Source of the DNA: Squalus acanthias
Taxonomy: Eukaryota
NCBI GenBank assembly: GCA_030390025.1
Contig: CM059431.1
Span: 119,290,001 to 119,354,000 of the forward strand
Length of the DNA: 64,000 bases
Direction of reading: 5' to 3'
Positions 26,751 to 37,779 of this stretch are shown here, piece after piece (the stretch's first letter is position 1; each line of letters starts with the position of its first letter). The notes below the pieces were generated by a model that was not told where the DNA came from, did no database searches, and saw only the letters and a program-made list of their open reading frames with translations. The position numbers and the translations under genes are program-made.

Positions 26751-26949
26751 AAATCGACCCTCCTATCCCCAATACAGCAACAGTCCCACTATCCTTAACA
26801 CTTTCCTTACACCCACCATCCATTGTCTTCCTTCACTCCAGATTTATGGGTCTGTCCCTCAGTTCACTACAAAGATAAACACCAACACCAAATTCAGAAC
26901 AAAAAACAAATTTATCAAACATATTTATCAGCATTGACAAAAAAAATCA

Positions 26950-28690
26950 CAAATTTCCCTTGTGCAGCCCCTGAGTGCCTGTCCTGTGCGCTTGTTTTCT
27001 TATCCTCGTGCTCCTATGAAGTGTTTCCCCAGCAGCTACAGCTTGGGAGGTGGAAGGACGATGAGTTTCAATTGAGGACAATTCAGAGAGCCATGGAGGG
27101 TGACCACGAGCAGGTCTGGGCTTTGAGGGCCTGGCTTCAGGCTGCAGCATCTCGGCGTGGGCCGGGGGTGTGTGGCCCGGCTAGCTGTGTGGCACTAACA
27201 AGGGCACTGGCGGAATGGCTGGCAGGGGAGCACGCTGTCATCCAGCAGGTGCCTCTCCCATGAGCCACGGCTGCTCTCCTGGGACGGCCCCTCAGCACTC
27301 CTGCGGCTTGAGAACCGAGTGCAGGAGTGATGTGACGCTCTGGAAGTCCCTGTCAACAGTGGCCCCCTAAGCCAAAATGGCAGCTGTTTGAGCAGCCATG
27401 GCAGCAGACTGTGCTGCCTTGCAAGTTGTCAGTGCTGTCATAACTGGCTCCATCTTGGTGGGTTTCACTGTAATGTTGATGGATTTTTGGACAGAATGGG
27501 CTCTGAGCTCTGCGCAAAGCCTTGAGACAAATTGCAGCTAGACTGCTCCATCTATGATCCACGACATTGTGCGCAGGCTCGCTGGCATTTTTTGGTAGAT
27601 GCCCATCAGCCTTCTTTGGTAGCCTGGTCCCTCAAAGTCTGCCACTAATTCCTCTACAGCAGAACTAGTATGTGACCTCGCCATCTGGCAACCTGTGGCA
27701 TCCTATCCCCCTGCCTAGCCCCTGCTCACTTGTGCCTGGTGAGTTACCACATGCAGATGGTTCCTCTAACCTAGCCTCTAATGTCTGCATGGTGCCAGTA
27801 TCTGAGCTGGTCAAATCAAGTGATGGTGCATCTTCTGCAAAGCTGGTCATCCACTCTCTCGACTAGAACAGGGGCGTCCACATTCTCAGCTGCTGAAATG
27901 AAGGAGAGTTACAAGGGTTAGACTGTGGTGTAAAGGGAGAGCAGAGATAAAGAAGTGGGTGTTGAAACATTTGCAGCTTGTCAGGCAGAGTGTGTGGGAT
28001 GAGAGAGAAGTCAGAAGGGGCAAAGGGGATTAGGTATAAAGAAACACTGCCCAATGTCTCCCCCAGTGTTGCCAGTCTCCACAGCCTCGACTCTGCCTGT
28101 CCGTGATGGCCAGCATGCTTTCCTCGAGGGAGGAGAGTATCTGCAGGCGGGCTCTTCCTTCTCTGCTGTCAGCCTGCTGACGTGAGTTGTGTGCAACTTT
28201 CTCCTGCAAGAAAGAAGGGAATGTGTTAGTGAGAGTTTGGTGAGCTGTTTGGAAAATGTGGCTGTTATGGTGAGGGTTGTAATAGTGGTGTGTGTAAGTA
28301 TGAGGCAAGGAGGTGGAGTAAAGTGAAGGGCAATGATTGTAGAAAAATGAAGGGGAATTGGGGAGTGGAGTCTTGTGTGTGCTGTCTGTGTTGTAATTAA
28401 TGAGGCTGTAAGTGGTGCAGCTGTGAGCAGAAAGTATGAAAGTCATCTTCTAATGTTAACAACTCCAGTTAGATCATTCAATTCCTTGCGGCATTGCAGC
28501 CATGCCCTGGGTGCAATTCTCCTGGCATTCACATGCTCTGCAAGTTCTTCCCACTGTCAGCAAAGTAGTTACCTGGAGGGCTTCCTGCCCCCTGGGGGGA
28601 AGAGGATGTCCCTCCTCCTGTCCACTGCCTGCACCAGAGCCTCCAAGGCAGAAACAGAGAACCTTATTGCCCACTCACTACTTCCTTCAG
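26950..28690 (-). pseudogene. Harbinger Myb/SANT gene remnant
   Basis: Exon-1 remnant at ~28460-28690 (..WLQCRKELNDL), exon 2 LQEKVAHNS, and the C-terminal part similar to the other copies. Confidence 0.65.
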
Positions 28691-29104
28691 CCTTTTCTTC
28701 AACAGAAGTTCTTCCCTGGTGTCTTCAGCCAGAATGCGCCTCCCCTTTAAGAGGTGCTGGCTGCCTTTAAGTGGTGATATAGATGTTCAATATCCAGCCC
28801 CAGCCTCTGTCCGCCCCCCCGCCACCCCGCGCCCCCGATAGGTGTGAAGCCAATGAGTAGCAGGTTTAGCGTTGGCTGCACACCTGCCTTATTATAATCA
28901 GCAGGCACCACAAATATTGCATGCTGCTCGAGTCAACACGAACAGGCATGTGCAGTGCACACTCCACCCTATGTATGCCTGGTTCCAGGCGTGATCAGAT
29001 TTCTAGGCCCAAATCTCAGACCTTCCAAAATTAAATCTGAACTCAACATCTAAATTAAACTGAATGCACATGTCAAAGAGAAATGAGCTACACTGTCTAT
29101 CTCC

Positions 29105-29497
29105 TTACATAAGAACATAAGAACATAAGAAATAGAAGCAGGAGTAGGCCAATTGGCCCCTCGAGCCTGCTCCGCCATTCAATAAGATCATGGCTGATCT
29201 GATCCTAACTGCCAATCTACTATCACAGAACCATCTCCTAAACCTAACAGAATTGGACATACGAGATAGGAGCAGGATCAGGCTACACGGCCCCTGGGCC
29301 CGCTATGCTACCCACAGGGCCATGACCGATCCGAACCTAGACTCATGTCCAAATTCCTGCCCGCTCCCCGTAACCCTTAATTCCCTTTACTTCTAGGAAA
29401 CTGTCTATTTCTGTTTTAAATTTATGTAATGATGTAGCTTCTACAGCTTTTTCGGGCAGCATATTCCATGGACCTACCACCCTCTGAGTGAAGAAGT
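29105..29497 (-). mobile_element. Short CR1 3'-end fragments
   Basis: (cataagaa)n tail and FFTQRVV..WN.LP...GIKGYG on the minus strand. Confidence 0.8.
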
Positions 29498-31630
29498 GAA
29501 GGGGTTGACGGTGGATAGGCAATGGCAAACATTCAAAGACTGCATGGATGAACTACAGAATTTGTTCATCCCAGTGTGGCATAAGAATAAAACAAAAAGG
29601 GTGACTCAACCGTGGCTAACAAGGGAAATTAGGGATAGCATAAGATCCAAAGAGAGGGCATATAAATTGGCCAGAAAAAGCGGTAGCCCTGAGGATTGGG
29701 AGCAGATAAAGATTCAACAAAGGAGGACAAAGGGATTAATTAAGAAGGGGAAAATAGAATATGAAACTAAGCTTGCTGGGAACATAAAAACTGACTGTAA
29801 GAGCTTTTATAGATATGTGAAGAGAAAAAGATTAGTGAAATCAAGTGTAGGTCCCTTGCAGTCAGAAGCGGGGGAAGTTATAATGGGGAACAAAGAAATG
29901 GCAGACCAATTAAATGCATATTTTGGTTCTGTCTTCACAAAGGAGGACACAAATAACCTCCCAGAGATGTTGGAGAACATACGATCTGATGAAAGGGAGG
30001 AACTGAAAGAAATCAGTATTTGCAGGGAAATGGTGTTAGGGAAATTGACGGGATTGAAGGCCGATAAATCCCCAGGGCCTGATAATCTACATCCTAGGGT
30101 ACTTAAGGAAGTGGCCCTAGAAATAATAGATGCATTGCTGATCATCTTCCAACATTCGATGGAATCTGGAACTGTACCCATGGATTGGAGGGTAGCCAAT
30201 GTTACCCCACTATTCAAAAAGGGTAGTAGAGAGAAAGCCTGACATTGGGGAAAATGCTAGAGTTCATTATAAAGGATGTAATAGCTGAGCACTTGAAAAA
30301 CAGTGACAGGATCGGACAAAGTCAACATGGATTTACAAAAGGTAAATCGTGCTTGACTAATCTACTGGAATTTTTTGAGGATGTAACTGGGAAAATAGAT
30401 AAGGGAGAACCAGTAGATGTGGTGTATTTGGACTTTCAAAAGGCTTTCGATAAGGTCCCGCATAAGAGATTAGCGTGTAAAGTTAAGGCGCATGGGATTG
30501 GGGGCAAGGTATTGACTTGGATAGAGAACTGGTTGGCAGACAGAAAGCAGAGAGTAGGAATTAATGGGTCTTTTTCCGAGTGGCAAACAGTGACTAGTGG
30601 GGTACCGCAGGGATCGGTCCTTGGACCCCAGCTATTCATAATATACATTAATGATCTAGATAAGGGAACTAAATGTAATATCTCCAAGTTTGCAGATGAC
30701 ACAAAGCTGGGTGGGAGTGTGTGCTGCGAGGAGGATACCGAGAAACTCCAGGATGATTTGGACAGGTTGGGTGAGTGGGCAGAAGCGTTGCAGATGCAAT
30801 ATAACGTGGATAAGTGCGAGGTCATCCACTTTGGTGGCAAAAACAGAAAGGCAGACTATTATCTGAATGGCAATAGATTGGGAGAAGGGGAAGTGCAACG
30901 AGACCGAGGTGTCCTTGTGCACCAGTCGTTGAAAGTAAGCATGCAGGTGCAGCAGGCGGTGAAGAAGGCAAATGGTATGTTGGCCTTCATAGCGAAAGGG
31001 TTTGAGTATAGGAACAGGGATGTCCTGCTGCAGTTGTACAGGGCCTTGGTGAGACCACACCTTGAGTACTGTGTGCAGTTTTGGTCGCCTTATCTGAGGA
31101 AGGATGTTCTTGCCATGGAAGGAGTTCAGCGAAGATTCACAAGGCTGATACCTGGGATGGCAGGAATGACATATGAGGAGAAATTGGGTCGATTGGGCTT
31201 ATCCTCACTGGAGTATAGAAGAATGAGAGGGGATCTCATCGAAACATATAAAATTCTGACAGGTCTGGACAAACTAGATGCAGGAAGAATGTTCCTGATG
31301 GTCGGAGAGTCCAGAACCAGGGGTCATAATCTAAGGATAACGGGTAAACCATTTCGGACAGAAATGAGGAAGAATTTCTTCACCCAGAGAGTGGTGAACC
31401 TGTGGAATTCTCTACCACAGAAGGTAGTTGAGGCCAAGCCATTAAATATATTCAAGAATGAGTTAGATATATTTCTTAAAGCTAAAGGTATCAAGGGATA
31501 TGGGGAGAAGGCAGGTACAGGGTACTGCGTTTGGATGATCAGCCATGATCTCATCGAATGGCGGAGCAGGCTCGAGGGGCCGAATGGCCTACTCCTGCTC
31601 CTATCTCCTATGCTTCTATGTTTCTATGTT
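29497..31630 (+). mobile_element. CR1 LINE, 5'-truncated ORF2 (RT), small deletion at ~30240
   Basis: [35 protein letters not shown]. Tail (tatgtttc)n. Confidence 0.95.
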
Positions 31631-32045
31631 TCTCATCTCAGTTTTGAAAGAGCAGCCCCTTATTCTAAGAATATGCCCCCTAGTTCTAGTTTTGCCCATC
31701 ATCGGGAACATCCTCCCCGCATCCACCCGATCCAACCCCTTCACAATCTTATATGTTTCAATAAGATCGCCTCTCATTCTTCTGAACTCCAATGAGTAGA
31801 GTCCCAATCTACCCAACCTCTCCTCATATGTCCATCCCCTCATCCCCGGGATTAACCGAGTGAACCTTCTTTGTACTGACTCGAGAGCAAGTATGTATTT
31901 TCTTAAGTATGGACACCAAAACTGTATGCAGTATTCCAGGTGCAGTCTCACCAATACCTTGTACAACTGAAGCAATACATCCCTATTTTTATATTCTATC
32001 CCCCTAGCAATGAAAGCCAACATTCCATTGGCCTTCTTTATCACT
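31631..32045 (-). mobile_element. CR1 ORF2 fragment, tail-to-tail with the preceding copy
   Basis: KKANGMLAFI...LEYC.QFW.P...RRMRGDLIETYKI. Confidence 0.9.
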
Positions 32046-32698
32046 ACCAGTTAGCATAAATTCTCACCTATTACTTGCTACTACCTCAGACCCTGGTGTA
32101 ATCTGGGCTGTTTGTTTCTATTACATTGAACAGCTTTGCAAGGTCGATCTAGTTTAGTTTGAGGTTTCATTTTGTTATTGCACTCCACAAATTGTGTTTG
32201 TTGGTGTTCAATATCTCCATCAGGCATATAAAAGTCCTCAGAATAATTAGTTACAATGAAAAAGAATTGTTTATTGTGAGTAGACAAACACTTAAGAGAT
32301 TCTTATTTTAGATAAAGGTCCATTCTGGGCGAATCTCAGCTTTCAAATTTCATTGTGCTGCATCAAATCACATATCTTCATGCTCACCATTTCCTTTTAA
32401 ACTGTTTGATGTGTGTAGTGTTTAGTGTCAGTAGCAGAGATACTTGCTGGTTGGAAAAAAATAAATCTGTGAAGCACTGTAGAAAGCAAAATTCCAAATT
32501 GCCCACAATAGTTTGCTTTCACTAGCTGGGGAGTAGTGACTGCAAAGTGCAATTAAACGGAAACATCCAACACATCAATGTCCCAATGGATGTAGCATAG
32601 CCCAACCTACACAGAATATCCCTAACAGATCTCACCATGGATCCGTAATAGGATGGAATCCTTTGTTTATAATCTAATGCTCACAAGATGCACACTAC

Positions 32699-32778
32699 GG
32701 GGCCTGATTTTAACTCCCAGCTGGGGGTGTTACACTCCTGCAGCTTAAGGCCCAGGCGGACAGGGTTAAAATCGGCCC
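32699..32778. mobile_element. ~80-bp minimal MITE-like inverted repeat
   Basis: Ends ggggcctgattttaac / gttaaaatcggccc, similar to the TIRs of 168-352. Confidence 0.5.
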
Positions 32779-33109
32779 TCACCTTTTTGGGCAACATCCT
32801 TAAAATGACTCTCCTCCACTAAGTTGCCAGGGGATTGGACATATAGACATGCACACAAGGCACTAGACTACCAAGAGCTGAAACAAAGTGTACTCACCAT
32901 AAGCCCGACTACTCCCGCTCATCTGCTAAGAAACAAATAGAGTCTACTCACCGCAAGTTGACACATTCCTCCTCTGCTTCACCACAAAGGATTGAGCTTT
33001 AGAGAAAGTCTCCACTTTTTTAAGGGTTTGGTTGGTTATTATGCCAGTGCATTGTATCCCAGCAGAAAACATATTTTGTTTATTTATTAAAAATGTAACT
33101 TCAATGTAT

Positions 33110-34763
33110 TGTAAGGGTCCCGTGTCTCAGACGGTGCCGGTGCGAGGTTAGGCCTTCGTTGCCTAATACTATTGCTTGCTCTGGTCTCCGACCAGCCTTT
33201 TTGTAATAAGCACCTGTGAGTGGTTTGACCCACTCGCCCTTACGGTTCTAACACTGGACTTAGGTGCAGGGAGCAGTAATGCAGAGAAAACTCAAATAGA
33301 CCCGGTTGAATAGTACGAATTGGAAATCTTTATTGCATAGCGTCCAAAATCACGAAGTACATGTCATAGGTGCAAATTAACGAGAGTACAAGTATACATA
33401 CATTCATAAAGCTTGGTCTATGGAAATGAAGAACGCACGGCACATCGTAAAAAGGGGAACACATTATACTTTAACCTTAATAAAACCACCCTCCCTTAAC
33501 AATACCTACACTACGTCTAGATTTGTAGGATCGTAAAACATGCTCACCACTCGTGTTACTTCGGAGAATTTTAAAGTGAGGCACTCAGCTCGTTTCGCTG
33601 CAGCGCCTGACTGTCACGTGTTTGGAAGGGTCTCTGTACCCCACTTGTTTATTTTCGCTGCTGCGACAAGCAGGCCAGACTCCCTGTTGTCATGAAGAAC
33701 TCGACGGACCTCGGACACAGTTCAAAGAAGAGTCTTCCTGTGCTCGACACCGGTTGTCGGTAGATTTCAATGAAGAGTTCTTTATTATATTTTCGGGCGC
33801 GGTCGGGGTTTACTGACCGTGGCGGCACGTGAATTCTTCTTCTTTTCTTGTCGTCTCGTCTCGTCTCTTCGGGCCTCCGGGTCCAGACACCGTTTACCGA
33901 CACTCGGGATGGTGTACCCTGTTACTTGCCCTTGTCGGGGCGGCTCGTTCCGATTGAGCTCCACCCAACATTCGAATAACCGACCAGTACGGCTAAAAGT
34001 CAAGAGTCAACAAAGTCCAGAGAAACACAGAAGGCTGCTCGTCCAGCAGAGCGATGCTCGAGGTTAAGAATAAGAGAATAAGAGTTCAGCAGTCAGCAGC
34101 GAGATAAGAGAGTCAAGAGACCGATGGACATTTGTTCACTATAGTTATAGTGCTGTGTCTGCTTATCTCCCACCAAAATCTTAATGTTTGTCTTTTGTGT
34201 AATATTGGCGCTCAAAACTCCCAGCATGGGGCGATTCTTCTCTTTAACGGGTTTCGGTAGCACCTCAAACTGGCCAACTACCAGTTAATGTTTTCCCCAT
34301 TGTTGACCCAGCCAGGATTGTATGAATCGTCTCCCTGACTGGTTTTGGGGGCCCCCGAATACTTGCTTAATCACCCGTCGATGTCTCTCTCATTGTAGAG
34401 CCGGGGGGGTATTTGTGTATTGATGTGTCTGGATGGGCCTTCGATTGCCCAGTACAATGGTCCTTACTTGTGCATGGAAAACGATTCCAGCACTTATATC
34501 TTTGCTATTGTTCCAAATGCAAACGGGTTGCATCCTGTCTTTATCAGTGTTTATCGAGTATGATCCAATCTTATATTGAATGTTTATTCGACGACATCTT
34601 GTCTGCCCACTGTATTTCTGGAAGCTTCTGCCACGATGCGCAGCGGCCATTTTACAGGCTTCTGCGTCCTGTATATCATGACAGCATTTTGTTTAATAAA
34701 ACTGATCAAACAAATCTGCTTCTCTCTAGTTATTTCGAATCGCGATAATAGCGAAACTTTACA
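33110..34763 (-). repeat. 3' LTR of the pol-less element
   Basis: Plus strand tgtaagggtcc...aaactttaca. Roughly 97-98% identical by eye to 40624-42270. Candidate minus-strand CCAAT at ~34204-34208, TATAA at ~34145-34149 and AATAAA at 33329-33334. Confidence 0.95.
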
Positions 34764-34775
34764 GTCCCTCCTGTT
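34764..34775 (-). promoter_or_regulatory. Polypurine tract
   Basis: Minus strand AACAGGAGGGAC immediately precedes the TG of the 3' LTR. Confidence 0.7.
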
Positions 34776-35159
34776 GATGCGAATAACTCCGCTTATCGTA
34801 ACAATTAAAAATGGTGGTGAGCAAAATTATCCCGATTCTCCACATCCAAACACTCCCGGTACTGAAACTATCTATGGCCTCCATGCAGTCCTAATTTCCC
34901 AGGGAAATTACATTGTCTAAACTTGGACAAATCGTAGGCAGCATTGACTTTAAACTTACACTGCGTATACGCCTTCCAGGTGCAAAAGGCCGATGCCTCT
35001 CGCACCACCTGCATATGCATGTTTTATTATAAAAGGAAAAATAATCAAAACAACCATTTTTAAAAAAATACAAAGTTCCAAACTTAGTTACACATACTCA
35101 TAACTAATAACAATTACAAAAACACACATGGTAAAATGGAGCGGCGTCATCCTGGCCGT

Positions 35160-37508
35160 TTACGCGGTACTTTCCTCGTTCACGTGCACGTAACGTTCTC
35201 TCCACTCCCCTGTGTTCTCCTGCTTTGTGAGGCGTTTGCCTCTTTTGCAGTGTACGACCAATAGGTACACTACAATCACGACTTGACACACTACCAAAAT
35301 GTGGGAGGCTATCCTGATCCATGACGGAACTTCAATATTAGTGAACAGGTCCCACCACGGTGGGTCTACTATGTCTAGTATCTCTGTCCCTATCTCTACA
35401 GTATTTTGTTCCAGGGTGTAAAAAATTTTTGTGATACCATGACGGCTTTTAAAATCTTGGTGAGGTGTTCAAGGAGAGGGGGAATGATGTATCCGAAATG
35501 CGACGAATCGCTGCAAGTCTGTGAAATTCTCTTTTACTGTGAGGTGAACAGTGGATGGTTCAGGGATCGGGACAATTCGCTGTTGTGCCACTTGAACTTC
35601 AGCCCTGGGTTTAAAACAGAAACTGCTGTCACTCACCGGACACCGGCTGTGCTGTCCATGCTGGTAGTGTTGCGCTGCAGTGGTAACGCAATACATTCCA
35701 CCCCCTATGTATGCCACCTGTGGGGGCACATGATCTTGTGTCATTGCTTCCATGGTGCAATTCATGGGCTTCGCGCCAGCCGTTCTGAACCCGCATTGTG
35801 GTGTTAAAAAGGCATTCAAGTGCTGGGGACACAGTATGATGTGTGCTCCCCGGCCACAACAACCCGATAGGTCGGTACCTGTCATTGTTTGCTACCAGCG
35901 GATGATGTAAGGTGGGACCGCTGCGTAGCGAATGTGGGCTCCCCCCTGAATGACACCAATGTTCTCCACCCGATACACCGGGGCGGGCTTTGCTGTGTCG
36001 CCCAACACCGGCATACGTAGTACTATACCCATGATGGTATGGTTTGACTGTCCGCAGTCCATGGGGACTGGGTATGCCTCTGAGGCTAGCCTGAGCTGGC
36101 ACGGGCTTAATGCGTTCTGAAAAGGGTGGAGCGCCTGCAGGTGTTTGTTACTTATCCAGGACGGGACCAAACCTTGTTTTAAATCCTCCAAATTACTGCG
36201 GCCCTCGCCCAGTAACCACGCCCCGTATAGTACGCACACCTCGTTCTGTGCAGCTTGATCGGATGCATTCCGATCTTCCCTGATCAGGGCATTTACCGTT
36301 CTCGCATGCTTCTCCAGCTCTGCTATAATCTCTTTTAAGTGTAGTGTCATGGCCTGATCCTCATGTAACTCAGACCCTACTACCTTGTTTTCGCTTGTGA
36401 GGATGCTTTTTAACTGTGTTTTTAAACCGTTGATCTGGGTCTGCAGCTCCACGTTGTCTAGAGCGTTGACCACAGATGTTCCCGTATTAAAAGCAGTGAA
36501 CACATCATTCACAACACCCCTTCTTTGTCTCCCCACCTGACCCAAAACTTCGTGTGGTGCGGTGTACAAGCTTGTTTTGTCAATCTCTGCAAAATCAAAC
36601 TCGTAGAATTGTCTGAACATGTTTGTTAACAGGACCTGGTACAATTGTTCCGTTTCTTTGGGACACCACTCTGGTAAACGCACCTCGGTGAGATTTAGAA
36701 TCACTGAGGCCACCGCGTAATGTACCCCTTGATATAGTATCTGGTCTGTTGGCACCAGTACCAGACCATTCCCGGGCCCCTTAGTGGTTTTAGGGCACCC
36801 TTCTTCCTGAGCCAAAGCCACCGGAATCGTGGGCGGAGACTTGCGTGGGCGTGTGATGAGTTCAGTGGCGTTTACCGGGATCGGGGAGAATGGAGCTCCG
36901 CACCCCTTTGTGCTGACATCCCACCTCATCCCTTTCCCGTTATCCTGCCACTGGTGTACGAAAAATATGGATATACCCTTGTGGCAAACGTACTTCGATC
37001 CCCACATACAAACATATATTCCCTCATCCGGTTCCCACCATTTGTCCCAACAGACTTTCAATTGTCCGTTAGTCCCCGTAATTGTCCGATGGGTATTGTT
37101 ACCCAATCGCTCCCACTCGACCGAGGAATTTCTCATAGTCTTGCTTAACTTCCGTAACCACCACCATCGGCTCAATGGGACCTTCCCATTGCATGTCAAA
37201 CAAATCCTTTTGCCGACGGTGACGCTGATTCTGGGTGCAATGATCCTCACTCTGGGGCACAGCAAAGAAGTCTCTTTGTAGGCAAATCCGGATGCTCTGG
37301 AGTATTCCGTCGAATTCGTTCCCAGCCATCCCAGCCACCTTCCCTTATGGAAATAAGTGGCGGTTTCCTCAGCCTCTTGCTCCCCGGTCCCATCCGTCGC
37401 GATGGGGCCCGTGTCCCCGGAGCAACCGAACACAACGACATCCTTGGTGAGGCCCCGATAGGCCAATCCATATCCGATCGTTGCGAGCACTATCAGAATC
37501 CTTTCCAT
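35160..37508 (-). pseudogene. env: Envelope glycoprotein (~782 codons): signal peptide, Ig domain, class I fusion (F-like) ectodomain, TM, cytoplasmic tail; disrupted
   Basis: Hydrophobic N-terminus MERILIVLATIGYGLA; Ig motif C106...W117...DEGIYVC167; furin site RQRR|GVVNDVFTAF followed by a heptad helix. In-frame TAG at 35892-35894, then a Cys-rich region and a second lesion at ~35420-35500. The frame continues to ...WIRIASHILVVCQVVIVVYLLVVHCKRGKR...STA with TAA at 35160-35162. Confidence 0.85.
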
Positions 37509-37520
37509 CTTTCCTGGTTC

Positions 37521-37545
37521 CTGTGATCAGATAAAATGATGTAGC
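37521..37545 (-). promoter_or_regulatory. Putative env splice acceptor
   Basis: Minus strand ...catcattttatctgatcacAG|gaaccaggaaagATG. The AG is 12 nt upstream of the env ATG. Confidence 0.6.
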
Positions 37546-37779
37546 CAGCCTCCCAAGAGTCTCTGGCTTTTTGTGAAGGGTGAGCGGGTCCCTTGACCTT
37601 GTCTCACGTATAACGACATGTATGCTGGATAGACTTTAACTATTCCTATCACTAACTCCCATCACTTTACCATTTACTTTAAAAATTAAACTACAATCTT
37701 ACCAAACTAAAAAAAACTATAAACTTAAACTTATCCTAAACTTAACTGTACAGCGCCGCCCGTTCCCAGGGCGGCCTAC

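Larger units (their letters stand above)
25200..29010 (+). mobile_element. PIF/Harbinger transposon, degraded (transposase +, Myb/SANT gene -)
   Basis: Right TIR-like gatttctaggccc. Convergent transposase and Myb-like remnants. The left boundary is approximate. Confidence 0.8.

Noticed and set aside
32075..32245. Possible minus-strand host exon (DFYMPDGDIEHQQ...)
   Set aside because: Weak splice sites and no recognisable protein. Similar candidates at ~3405-3510, ~46650-46685 and ~47080-47190 were rejected for the same reason.
33622..34067. Short ORFs repeated in all LTR copies (MEGSLYP..., MTFSRTG..., MAAREFF...)
   Set aside because: They recur only because the LTR is repeated. Most use non-ATG starts, have no recognisable domain, and change frame or length in the solo LTR.
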